A DNA stretch of 63,926 nt, the filler included, from an uncultured Gemmatimonadota bacterium (GTDB lineage Bacteria > Blakebacterota > Blakebacteria > Blakebacterales > Blakebacteraceae): the NCBI GenBank assembly GCA_964576115.1. It is 5 parts of 5 records of this genome, joined end to end, with 100 filler letters (N's around TTAATTAATTAA, not from the genome) between each part and the next. Parts side by side here need not be neighbours in the genome. Positions count along the whole stretch, not along the records: positions 37,104 to 46,894 come from CAZNUA010000004.1; positions 46,995 to 55,981 come from CAZNUA010000009.1; 3 more parts are not named here. One strand, written 5' to 3'. Below are positions 39,325 to 48,158 of the stretch, piece after piece. A program made the position numbers and the translations under genes. Below the pieces are notes generated by a model that ran no database searches, was not told where the DNA came from, and saw only the letters and a program-made list of their open reading frames with translations. The first letter of the stretch is position 1. Each line of letters begins with the position of its first letter.

Positions 39325-39354
39325 TGAAGGGGGCCTCACGGTCCCCTTCATTTT
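39325..39354 (+). terminator. Rho-independent terminator
   Basis: TGAAGGGGGCC-TCAC-GGTCCCCTTCA followed by TTTT. Confidence 0.75.
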
Positions 39355-39477
39355 GTGCTCCTGCGGGCGAGGCGGGAGCGGGCTCGTGTCGTTTCCGTCA
39401 GGCTCAGGCCCGGACGAGCAGGTCGAGAATGCGGTCGAGCCCGGCCGAGCGGGGCGCCGGTTGGCGGCGAGCCGGGT

Positions 39478-40368
39478 TCATACCGGTGTCGCGGCCCTGT
39501 GCGGCGGTCGGGGTATCAGCACCGGGGTGCGTGTCTTGTAGGCTTCATAATCCTCCCGGCCGCCCCATTTTTCGTCGGCCCGTTTCTCGAGCAGCGGCAC
39601 TCCGCTGATGCGGGTCAGCAGGAGGGTGACGAAGATCGGGGAAATGATGGTCACCCACTGCCAGCCCTGCAGGACGGGCAGGGCGATGATCGCTACGCCG
39701 GTCCAGAGCACGATCTCGCCGAAGTAGTTGGGATGGCGGGACCAGGCCCACAGACCGGTGCGGATGAACTCGCCCGCATTATCCGGATCGGACCGGAAGC
39801 GGTTCTTCTGGGCATCGGCGACGGCTTCGATGGCGAACCCGCCCAGCCAGACCAGGACACCGATGAAGAACAGCAGACCCGGTTCACGGCGAGAAGCGGT
39901 CGTGATGGCGGCCAGCGCGGCGGCCAAAGTAAAACTGACCCAGAGTCCCTGCAGGGTCCAGGTGAGCAGAAAGCGCACGAAGGACGGTTTGATCTCGTCG
40001 AAGCGGGCGTCCTTGCCCGCCTTGTGGGTGCGGCGGGAAAGAAAGGTGCCCAGGCGGACGGCCCAGATCAGAACCAGAACCAGCAACAGGAGCGAGCGGG
40101 CGTCGGCCGCCGGGCTGAGCAGAACGGCCAGCAGGGTGACAGTGATATAGGTCAGGCTGCCGGTCAGGTCGAAGAAGCGCTCGTTCTGCAGCAGATACGC
40201 CGGAATGAAGGCCAGCCACTGGATCGCGAAGGCCAGAACGACCGAAAAGGCGAAGAGCGGCAGACCGGCGACCGTGACTCCGCCCCGGCTTCCCGCCCAG
40301 GCCAGGCCCAGGCCGACCAGGATAACGAGGGGAAGAGCGTACAGGGCGGTGCGGTCAGCTTTCTGCAT
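39478..40368 (-). CDS. DUF1295 (steroid 5-alpha reductase-like) membrane protein
   Basis: FFDLTGS, WAVRLG, DARF, EAVADAQK, GLWAWSRHPNYFGE, SGVPLLE. Confidence 0.9.
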   Translation of the reverse strand: MQKADRTALYALPLVILVGLGLAWAGSRGGVTVAGLPLFAFSVVLAFAIQWLAFIPAYLLQNERFFDLTGSLTYITVTLLAVLLSPAADARSLLLLVLVLIWAVRLGTFLSRRTHKAGKDARFDEIKPSFVRFLLTWTLQGLWVSFTLAAALAAITTASRREPGLLFFIGVLVWLGGFAIEAVADAQKNRFRSDPDNAGEFIRTGLWAWSRHPNYFGEIVLWTGVAIIALPVLQGWQWVTIISPIFVTLLLTRISGVPLLEKRADEKWGGREDYEAYKTRTPVLIPRPPHRAATPV

Positions 40369-40595
40369 GAAATTCCTCCCTTTCTGACCGGTACGGCAAG
40401 CCGGGCCGACTGTTCCCACCAGACCCGTGCCCGGATCCGGCTACCAGAGTGGCAGATCCAAGTGCCGGTGGCAATGGGCTGCGTTTTGTGCGAACAAAAA
40501 AACGTCAGGATCGTATGTGTAAAAAGTCACAGTACCGCCTGAACGTACCGGGTGTGCAACTCGTGTTCTGTACCGGGAATCGAGGCTCAGACGTG

Positions 40596-41786
40596 ATGGA
40601 TGCTTTCAGATCAGTATTCCGACGGGTGTTTGTACCGTTCCTGGTACTGCTCCTCGTCGGATGCGGCGGGCGGGAGAGGACCGAGGTTTTCCCGGGCGCC
40701 TGGGAATCGGTTCGGGCCGTCGTGGATCATTCCCGCCAGCCCCTTTCCGCTCCGTGGAACTGCAGTGTTACGCTCGAGATCGGCGAAGCATCCGGGGCCG
40801 ACGAGTACATCCTGCGCTCGCCCTTTGCCCTGACCGTTCTGCCGGGCGGTCTGATCGTCATCGAGGACGACCGACCCCTTCAACTGCGGGTCTATGATTC
40901 CCGGGGCGGCCATGTCAGCTCTTTCGGCCAGCCCGGTGGAGGCCCGGGCGATCTGACTCCGGGTCGTTTCCGATGGGTGATGCGGCCCCTCGACGAACGG
41001 ACCTTTCAGCTCTGGAGCGGATGGCCTCCCCGGGTACAGGAATGGACGGTCGACGGCGAACTGCTCGGGGTCCAATCGCTTCGGGCCGATCATCCGATGG
41101 TGCTGGGCACCGCTCCGCTCACGATCGGTTTCATCGACGATGAACTCTACTGGGTCGCCCGTTCTCACCGGCTTGATCACGAAGGCCGCAGTATCGGCAC
41201 CTCGCATATACTGGTCGGCGATATCCAGGGTACGGCGGCCGATACCCTGACCTCGATCCGGCACGAACCGATGCCGACCGAATATCAGCTGGCCCTGCAA
41301 TTCGGGCTCGATTACGCCTATCTGCTGGACGATCACATTCTCGTCACCCGGGACCGGAAATGTTACCTCACCAGCTGGCTCGAAGACTGGGTCACGGAGG
41401 TCGATCTGCAGCGCGGGGTGCCGGTCCTGCGCTTCCGCTGGGAGCACGAACCCGATGCGATCCCGGTCGCGGTGAGCGAACGGATGGACCGGCAACTCGA
41501 TGCGGCGAGCAGGGATATGCTCGTTGAGGGACTCACCTGGCTGCAGGAGCGGGTCTCGCTTCTCGGCCTGGCGGAAGGACCCGAGGGCCGGATTCTGGTC
41601 CAGCGGACGGGCGAACCGGTCGATGAGAACTGGCCGACCGATGTTTTCGGTCCTGACGGCAGGTACCTGGATCGGGTGCTCCTGCCGGTGGAGCCGCGCA
41701 CGGCGGTTCTGAGCGGGCGGGATCTGATCGGCCTGGGAATCCGGCAGGGAGTACCCGTCATCAGGGTCGTACGCCTCGGTCGCTGA
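40596..41786 (+). CDS. 6-bladed beta-propeller lipoprotein
   Basis: Lipobox LLVGC; EIG, FGQPGGGPGDL, GPEGRILV, DVFGPDGRYL. Confidence 0.75.
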   Translation: MDAFRSVFRRVFVPFLVLLLVGCGGRERTEVFPGAWESVRAVVDHSRQPLSAPWNCSVTLEIGEASGADEYILRSPFALTVLPGGLIVIEDDRPLQLRVYDSRGGHVSSFGQPGGGPGDLTPGRFRWVMRPLDERTFQLWSGWPPRVQEWTVDGELLGVQSLRADHPMVLGTAPLTIGFIDDELYWVARSHRLDHEGRSIGTSHILVGDIQGTAADTLTSIRHEPMPTEYQLALQFGLDYAYLLDDHILVTRDRKCYLTSWLEDWVTEVDLQRGVPVLRFRWEHEPDAIPVAVSERMDRQLDAASRDMLVEGLTWLQERVSLLGLAEGPEGRILVQRTGEPVDENWPTDVFGPDGRYLDRVLLPVEPRTAVLSGRDLIGLGIRQGVPVIRVVRLGR

Positions 41787-41865
41787 TAGCGGTGCGCTTG
41801 CGCAGTCCTCGTTCCCGGTCAGGGAGTCGGACAGTGCGGCCTGGGGTCTCTTCGGCCCGCTCTTC

Positions 41866-42564
41866 TCATGGTGAAGAGCGCACGTGTCTCACCCATCTCA
41901 GGACAGGCTGGTGTATTTCGCCCTTGGTCAACCAGGAGACCGCGAAGGCTGCGATGGCAATGGATTCGGGCCAGAATATCGCCGCCCCCGTTATCAGGGA
42001 TGTTGCAGCCCAGAGCACGCAGACGATCATCACCACACCGCATACCAGGCAGATGCTGTCGCGCCGGCGCTTTTCGACAGAGCGCTCGCGCCGTTTCTGT
42101 ATATCGGACAGGCGGAAAAGCCAGATCGAAAAGATGATGAAGACGATGAACAACACGATGGCGCAGACATAGTGTACAACTCCGAGCGGTTCGCTCCACC
42201 AGGTTGGTTCATAGAGTTTCTCCGGGGCTGAGGTGGGAAAGAGCGCGACCCCGAGAGCGGCCGTACCGCCAAGACAGCCGATGATGCGATCGGCTTTTGT
42301 GTCTGGATAGCCCGGGTAGGTGAACAGGAAGAGCGACAGCGCGAAAAGCACGCCGACGAAAATCCCCGACGCCCCCGTGTAGTAATATTCGCTGACCGAA
42401 TCCATAACATCCCAGGGTGCGAGACCGTCGGTGCGGAATAGTGCCGCCCACAGGTACAGGAGCGCCGGCAGAACGAGTCCGAGAAAACCGATGAGCCGGC
42501 GGTGAGCACGCTGGGACAGGCATTTAGGGGCATCATCGATGCGGGGTAACCGGTCAGCTGTCAT
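41866..42564 (-). CDS. Multi-pass membrane protein (DUF998-like)
   Basis: RRLIGFLG, SVSEYYYT, FPT, VHY, ESIAIAAFAVSWLTKG. Confidence 0.7.
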   Translation of the reverse strand: MTADRLPRIDDAPKCLSQRAHRRLIGFLGLVLPALLYLWAALFRTDGLAPWDVMDSVSEYYYTGASGIFVGVLFALSLFLFTYPGYPDTKADRIIGCLGGTAALGVALFPTSAPEKLYEPTWWSEPLGVVHYVCAIVLFIVFIIFSIWLFRLSDIQKRRERSVEKRRRDSICLVCGVVMIVCVLWAATSLITGAAIFWPESIAIAAFAVSWLTKGEIHQPVLRWVRHVRSSP

Positions 42565-42584
42565 TTCATACCACCTGTCTGAAA

Positions 42585-42617
42585 GCCGCCGCTGTCAACT
42601 GCATGAGCGGGTTGGGT
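42585..42617 (-). other. attC-like half site (R'' and L'' boxes)
   Basis: Minus strand ACCCAAC (RYYYAAC)-CCGCT-CATGCAGTTGACAGCGGC, 8 nt after the stop of 42626-43864; partner arm absent. Confidence 0.5.
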
Positions 42618-42625
42618 GAGCATGA

Positions 42626-43864
42626 TCAAGGATAAATGAAACCTTCTATTTCAGACTGAATGCGGTAGATGGTTGGGTTGATTTCTCCTGTATCTGGGTT
42701 CTCCTCGAGGGTAAGTAAGCGCCCGTTGGAGATTGATGAGCCGGATGTATACGGTCTGACTGTGGTCTCCAGGTATTCACCTTCCGGGCTCAGGATACGG
42801 CAGGTATGGCTGCCCTCGAGTATCAGGGCGAGGGCGGGAAAAAGGCCTGTATCCAGCCAGAAGTACCCATCACTGTCGATCTCGACAAGGCTCCAGAATG
42901 CCTTGTGATCTGCGAAAGGCATATTCTCAGCTTGAGTCTGCACTGTTTCCCTGAGTGATTCGTCCACGGTATCCACTCTGGACAGGACTTCCTGTCGGGC
43001 CGCTGCCCGATCGCTTTGGGTCACGGGTTCTGCTTCCATCGCAAGACGGATTAACCCGACCGGGTGACAGGTATTGTCGAAAAGGTGCAGCTCCGGCAGA
43101 ATGCTGGGGCTGAGAATAATACCGTGCAGGGGGTGGTAGGTTGCTGTCGGCCAGGGACCGTATGCCAGTGGTGTGGGACCTGTCATCGATCGCCCCATGA
43201 TTGTATAGCTGATTGTCTCCAGCATCTTTATCCAGGGTGTATACGCAACACCAAGCGTATCACCTTGAGCTGAGAGCGTTACCGCTCCTCTTCGTTGAGT
43301 TATACCCATACTGGGCATATCAGATTCGCTTGCCAGTATCAGCTGCATGCCATTCTCAAGGATCACAAATCCTGAGGCGCCCAGAATACCTGTGCCGACG
43401 GGTAAAGTGACGACATCCAATAGTGTGCCAGCTGTCTGAAAACGTGTCGTCCTTCGCAGAGAGTGATCGAAAAACTGCACAACATCGTCATGGATCATCT
43501 GGATATGGCCACCTCTGAACTCACCGGGACCCTGGCCTTCTTGACCGATGGATCTCAGATATCGACCGGAGGCGTCAAACATGAGAATAGATCCGATTCC
43601 GGAATCATAGATGTAGAAGTTACCGGCAGCATCGGCAACGAACTGAGTCGGGCGGTAAAGCAGAGTCTCTTCACTCTGCCCGATATCGATCACCATCTCT
43701 TTCTCATAGGAGAAGAGAGCCTCTGTATACTTGGGGCCACCCGTCGTTTCCGCAACGGTGACACCGTCCTCGGTATATGTTCGGAAGGTATGGCCAGCCT
43801 GGTGAGAAGGATATGACCAGGCGATACAAAGAAGAATCGGGAGAATCCATTGTATGCGAGTCAT
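42626..43864 (-). CDS. 6-bladed beta-propeller protein, secreted
   Basis: Signal peptide; HTFRTYTEDGVTVAETTGGPKY, IGQEGQGPGEF, IDSDGYFWL, SPEGEYL. Confidence 0.8.
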   Translation of the reverse strand: MTRIQWILPILLCIAWSYPSHQAGHTFRTYTEDGVTVAETTGGPKYTEALFSYEKEMVIDIGQSEETLLYRPTQFVADAAGNFYIYDSGIGSILMFDASGRYLRSIGQEGQGPGEFRGGHIQMIHDDVVQFFDHSLRRTTRFQTAGTLLDVVTLPVGTGILGASGFVILENGMQLILASESDMPSMGITQRRGAVTLSAQGDTLGVAYTPWIKMLETISYTIMGRSMTGPTPLAYGPWPTATYHPLHGIILSPSILPELHLFDNTCHPVGLIRLAMEAEPVTQSDRAAARQEVLSRVDTVDESLRETVQTQAENMPFADHKAFWSLVEIDSDGYFWLDTGLFPALALILEGSHTCRILSPEGEYLETTVRPYTSGSSISNGRLLTLEENPDTGEINPTIYRIQSEIEGFIYP

Positions 43865-43902
43865 ACGTCTCTCTCCTGATGATTCGGGCGAGAAATATAT
43901 CC

Positions 43903-43997
43903 GTCAAAAGCTCTGCGCGTCAGTTGCAGCGGCAGTGTATCCGGGAGCAAGGATGACAGAGATTACCGCCGCTGACAACTGCAGGCGCGGATTAGTG
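43903..43997 (-). other. Degenerate attC-like palindrome
   Basis: Minus-strand arms T[G]CAGTTG[T]CAGCGGC / GCCGCTGCAACTGA with two extrahelical bases on one arm; R boxes degenerate (CACTAAT, TTTTGAC). Confidence 0.5.
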
Positions 43998-44075
43998 CGC
44001 GTTGAGGTGAAATTGTAACTCGGTGAACCGGTGAAGGGGAGTTTTTGGTCACCCGTTGTCATGTGAATGATTGTC

Positions 44076-44103
44076 TTGACGTAAAGTAACATTGATGTAA
44101 CAT
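44076..44103 (+). promoter_or_regulatory. Candidate sigma-70 promoter overlapped by GTAA(C) repeats
   Basis: TTGACG-N16-TAACAT; GTAACATT occurs twice 11 bp apart, a possible operator for the downstream XRE regulator. Confidence 0.4.
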
Positions 44104-44176
44104 TATGAGTAGTAAGCGTTACGTATTTGGCACACAAGATACACTGTACAACCAGAATTACAGGGGGGATTTCGAG

Positions 44177-44674
44177 ATGGTGTCTGATAACGAAATCACA
44201 GCATTGAAAGAAAACCTGGATCAGAAGCGGAACATCGAACTGAAACGAATCCTCATTGTCTTTGCTCTTTGGTCTGTATGGTGGGTCGTATTGGGTAATG
44301 GCATCCATCTCAATTCAACAGATCCATTTAGATTTCTAAAAGCTGGCCTCCTCATTCTGGGATTACTTCTTCTTGCCGTTTCAGTAGTTCTCTTCAGACG
44401 AATCATCCTGCTTCAGAAAAGGATATGGTCCACTCCAGAACTACGAGAAACAGTCGACGACGATATCGTTCGTCTTGCCTGGCTACGCGCTGCTGCAGTC
44501 GGATTCTGCTCCATGCTTGGTGCTGAGATCATTTTTACATGCAGCAGTTTATTCCTGGTAAATATCGGTGGTTTTCGCTCTCAGGTAGTGTGGAGCGGAA
44601 GCCAGGGCCCGATTGTCATTTGTATCGGCATAGTGACAGTAGTTGGCGCCTTTCTGTTCTTCCGTCGGGATTGA
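44177..44674 (+). CDS. Four-TM membrane protein paired with XRE regulator (DUF2178-like)
   Basis: Four hydrophobic segments with central VDDD..A..A motif; directly upstream of the HTH gene. Confidence 0.6.
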   Translation: MVSDNEITALKENLDQKRNIELKRILIVFALWSVWWVVLGNGIHLNSTDPFRFLKAGLLILGLLLLAVSVVLFRRIILLQKRIWSTPELRETVDDDIVRLAWLRAAAVGFCSMLGAEIIFTCSSLFLVNIGGFRSQVVWSGSQGPIVICIGIVTVVGAFLFFRRD

Positions 44675-44679
44675 TCGTG

Positions 44680-44889
44680 ATGAGTAAACCACGAGTGCGA
44701 AACAGGCTGAAGGTTCATCGTGCAGAGCGTAATCTGACACAAGCTGATCTGGCTGATCTGGTTGGAGTAACTCGGAAAACAATCAACACGGTAGAGACCG
44801 GGCGATTTCTTCCATCAATCACGCTCGCTCTCCGTTGTGCAAAAGTTCTCGAGGTTCCTGTTGAAGATATCTTTCAATTAGATGAGTAG
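44680..44889 (+). CDS. XRE-family helix-turn-helix transcriptional regulator
   Basis: NRLKVHRAERNLTQADLADLVGVTRKTINTVETGRFLPSITLA..VEDIF. Confidence 0.92.
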   Translation: MSKPRVRNRLKVHRAERNLTQADLADLVGVTRKTINTVETGRFLPSITLALRCAKVLEVPVEDIFQLDE

Positions 44890-44967
44890 AGGATACTGAG
44901 ACTTCAATTGCCGTCACAGATCTGATAGTATCAGATCGATTTTTCCTAAATATTGGAATTCTGTAAA

Positions 44968-46242
44968 ATGAAACGTACATTCACAGGTGGACTTATCTGC
45001 TTCCTGCTGGTGAGTATTCCTGTTTCTGCGAAGAGCAACGAACAAATCTCATCCCATTCATTCCGGATATTCGAAAACGACGGGGTAACCATCTCCGAAT
45101 CCTCAGGTGGGCCGAAGTATGAAGGGGATATTTTCACCTTCGAGAAACTCTTCGAGCTGAATCAGGATGAATCGCGGCCCGAGTCGTTGCTGAATGTCAA
45201 TTCGGGATATCTCATGACTGAGGATGGCCTGTTCTTCGTCTTCGATTCGGCCGATTGTCGGATCGCAGTGTTCGATCAGAACGGGCAATATCTTCGGGAT
45301 TTCGGTCGCCAGGGCGCCGGCCCCGGAGAATTCAACAGTGTATTCTGTCAGTGGGCAAGAGACGGGATCATTGCCGTTTACGATCCTGTACAGTTCCGGG
45401 TTTCTACATTCACGACCGAGGGCCGATTACTCGAAATATTCACACGTCCTGGTTACAGCAACGTCAGGATGCTCGCCCCGTTCATGCGCAGCCTCAGGTG
45501 GATCTATCCCCTGCCCGACGGTCGCATGGTTCAGATATTTCAGGAGCAGAAGGAATACCGGACGGTAGATGAGTCCAAACGTACGACCGGTGTGCTTGTA
45601 TCGTCTGCAGGTGACAGCCTGCGATCCTTCAGCACCGAATGGATGCTGGTGCCTAGATCTCACGTCAGCGGAGGTCGCCTGATATACCATTCAAAGATGT
45701 ATTATGCAGATCCTGCTCTTCAGGTCGATCTGGATCGGGGTGTCTTCATCGCTGATCCGCGAGAGCCGATTGCCCGCTGGTACGATTTCGAAGGCAACTT
45801 AACCCGTATCCTGAGGTTTGGCCTGGAGCCTGAACCGGTCACGGACGGAGAAAAAGACGCCTACGTACGATCCCAACGGGAGTTGATTCGGGATGCGGAG
45901 GGTGAGGCAAGGGAACGACGCGAGGAGTCCTTGAAGTATGCGATCATTCCCGATCATAAACCGTTCTGGATAACCATCATGGTTGATGATTTGGGGTACT
46001 ACTGGCTGCGGAACCCCTGGGACTGGACCCTGCCGTCAGAGGACATGGTAAGACTGTATTGTTTCAAGGTATTCAGTCCCGAAGGGGAGTATCTGGGATC
46101 GGCGACGTGGCCCACTGGGAATACAAGCAGTATCACCAGGGGGCACCTTCTGGGACGACACATGGATGAGGAATTTGGCGGTTTTCGACACTTCGTCTAT
46201 AGGATTATTCCGACCGTGGAAGGATTGGAATACCCCCGATAG
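44968..46242 (+). CDS. 6-bladed beta-propeller protein, secreted
   Basis: Signal peptide; HSFRIFENDGVTISESSGGPKY, FGRQGAGPGEF, VDDLGYYWL, FSPEGEYLG. Confidence 0.8.
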   Translation: MKRTFTGGLICFLLVSIPVSAKSNEQISSHSFRIFENDGVTISESSGGPKYEGDIFTFEKLFELNQDESRPESLLNVNSGYLMTEDGLFFVFDSADCRIAVFDQNGQYLRDFGRQGAGPGEFNSVFCQWARDGIIAVYDPVQFRVSTFTTEGRLLEIFTRPGYSNVRMLAPFMRSLRWIYPLPDGRMVQIFQEQKEYRTVDESKRTTGVLVSSAGDSLRSFSTEWMLVPRSHVSGGRLIYHSKMYYADPALQVDLDRGVFIADPREPIARWYDFEGNLTRILRFGLEPEPVTDGEKDAYVRSQRELIRDAEGEARERREESLKYAIIPDHKPFWITIMVDDLGYYWLRNPWDWTLPSEDMVRLYCFKVFSPEGEYLGSATWPTGNTSSITRGHLLGRHMDEEFGGFRHFVYRIIPTVEGLEYPR

Positions 46243-46368
46243 GAATCGTGTGTCCACGCTGATTGTGCGTCTATCGTCTCCGGGTTTTTGCATATCCCCA
46301 GGGCGTTGACCTCGCTTGCCCGAGAAGAAGATGCCCGTGCTCCAATGACCGGGTTTCTGGATCCCGGA

Positions 46369-46893
46369 TTACAATCCCAGCTGCAATCGGATCGTCTTGT
46401 CGAGTGAGGCTGCGAGCCACCTCTTAGGAGCGGTGAGATCTTCCGGCAGTGCCGGCAGCGTGCCGTCCACATCATTGTCCGATCGTCGATTCTGGAGGGA
46501 GTATTGCAGGGTTCTGCAGACCTTCTGCATACGCTCGCGAATCGGAGTGTGACCTATATTCCGTGCACAGGCGGCGAGTGGTTTTGCGGTATGCAACTCT
46601 CCCCCGATAGCGCCGAGAACAATATCGAGGTTTTCAAAGAAGTTCCAGTTGCACGGGAACATCAAATCGATGGCCACGGCCAGGGAGATGTCAGCAGGCT
46701 CGCCATCCATGGTGTCGTGTATGCGCGTCTGCATGGTCTGCTTCCAGAAATCCTCATGCTCACGATAGTACTCGGGACATACAGCATCGCCGGGAGGTTC
46801 GCAATCAGTGCCACACTCCTCCATGAACACATACACCGGATCACCATGGTGCATCGAACGGGGCCAGCCGATGAACTCGCGAATGCGTTCAAT
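46369..46893 (-). CDS. Hypothetical protein, 5' truncated by gap
   Basis: Frame open into the gap (IERIREFIGWPRSMHHGD..); Cys-containing; no family recognised. Confidence 0.5.
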   Translation of the reverse strand: MERIREFIGWPRSMHHGDPVYVFMEECGTDCEPPGDAVCPEYYREHEDFWKQTMQTRIHDTMDGEPADISLAVAIDLMFPCNWNFFENLDIVLGAIGGELHTAKPLAACARNIGHTPIRERMQKVCRTLQYSLQNRRSDNDVDGTLPALPEDLTAPKRWLAASLDKTIRLQLGL

Positions 46894-46894
46894 C

Positions 46895-46994
46895 NNNNNN
46901 NNNNNNNNNNNNNNNNNNNNNNNNNNNNNNNNNNNNNNTTAATTAATTAANNNNNNNNNNNNNNNNNNNNNNNNNNNNNNNNNNNNNNNNNNNN
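46895..46994. other. Artificial contig-joining spacer
   Basis: N-run with TTAATTAATTAA. Confidence 0.97.
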
Positions 46995-47003
46995 TCGCGA
47001 AAG

Positions 47004-47042
47004 CGGAGTTACAGGGCCTTTTATCTTGACGGAGTTACAGGG
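47004..47042 (+). promoter_or_regulatory. 13-bp direct repeat overlapping a candidate -35 box
   Basis: CGGAGTTACAGGG at 47004-47016 and 47030-47042; TTGACG at 47026. Confidence 0.45.
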
Positions 47043-47185
47043 TTGGGTAGTATTCACAAGCGTGGAACCTGTAAAGAACGTTTGAGTTCCGCCGGATATT
47101 CCATGTATTCTGAATCCGCTTGCGGGACCGGGATCAGCCCGTTCCGCATCAGGGTTCACCAAAGGTGAGGCAGAGGAGGTTGCCC

Positions 47186-47548
47186 ATGGGCAAGGCCCCG
47201 AAGCTGGTAGGAACCGGCTTCCTCGCGGTGCTTCTCCTGTCGGCGACCTTTCTGACAGGGTGTACCAAACGGCCGAGTCCCGAACAGCTCACGCAGCTCG
47301 AGCAGGCCTGCGCCGCGGCCGATGCCGCCGAGCAGACCGTGACGGAGAAACAGGCCGAGTTGGAACGGCTCCAGAGCGAGTTGGCGTCCAAGCAGCGCAC
47401 CCTGCAGGAAGTGAACCGCGAGAAGGCCTCCGTCGAGAGTCGGTTGAACCAGTTGCGCGGAGAAGTTGCGCAGACAACCGCTGAGATGGACCGCATCAAG
47501 CGCGAACGGGGCACACCGCCCCCGCCACCACCTCCCACGAATCGGTAG
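47186..47548 (+). CDS. Coiled-coil lipoprotein with poly-Pro tail
   Basis: RBS GAGGAGG; lipobox FLTGC; continuous heptad pattern; TPPPPPPPT end. Confidence 0.8.
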   Translation: MGKAPKLVGTGFLAVLLLSATFLTGCTKRPSPEQLTQLEQACAAADAAEQTVTEKQAELERLQSELASKQRTLQEVNREKASVESRLNQLRGEVAQTTAEMDRIKRERGTPPPPPPPTNR

Positions 47549-47562
47549 AAAGGATGCCTGTC

Positions 47563-48060
47563 ATGAAGACAGTACGTACCATCCTGACCGCCGCGGTTGT
47601 GGGAGTGCTGGTGTTTGGTGCAGCATCCCAGGCCGCCGCGCAGCAGGAAGAGAAAATGACCCTGGAGGAGTGGCAGGCCGCTCTGGACGAATGCAACGCC
47701 CGTGAGCAGGCCGCCAATGCCACGATCTCCGATCTGGACCGGCAGATCGCCGATCTGCAGCGGCAGATCGACAGTGTCGACAACCAGATCGACCAGGTGC
47801 GCAGCGACATCAGGGGTCTCAATCAGCAGGTTTCTTCGACGCAGGGGGAACTGACGCAGGTCCGCGAGGAACTCGAGCGGGTCAGGTTCCCTGAGTACTA
47901 CGAAGTTGTCAGGGGCGACTGCCTCTGGAACATCGCGAAGAAGGACTACATCTACAACGACCCCTTCCAGTGGCCGCGTATCTATGAAGCCAACAAGGAC
48001 AAGATCAAGGACCCTGATCTGATCTACCCGAAGCAGGTGTTCCAGATCATTCGTCCTTAG
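47563..48060 (+). CDS. Coiled-coil + LysM peptidoglycan-binding protein
   Basis: Signal peptide, long heptad coiled coil, YEVVRGDCLWNIAK..WPRIYEANK..DPDLIYPKQ. Confidence 0.92.
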   Translation: MKTVRTILTAAVVGVLVFGAASQAAAQQEEKMTLEEWQAALDECNAREQAANATISDLDRQIADLQRQIDSVDNQIDQVRSDIRGLNQQVSSTQGELTQVREELERVRFPEYYEVVRGDCLWNIAKKDYIYNDPFQWPRIYEANKDKIKDPDLIYPKQVFQIIRP

Positions 48061-48083
48061 GCTTCTCTTGGACACTGAAGGAC

Positions 48084-48130
48084 AACGCTCTCACCCGGGG
48101 GATCAGGCGATCCTCCGGTGAGGGCGTTTC
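48084..48130 (+). terminator. Stem-loop, probable terminator
   Basis: AACGCTCTCACC.GGGGGATC / GATCCTCC.GGTGAGGGCGTT followed by T-rich bases. Confidence 0.55.
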
Positions 48131-48158
48131 CTGTTCTCAGGACCAACCAGTTCCGTCC

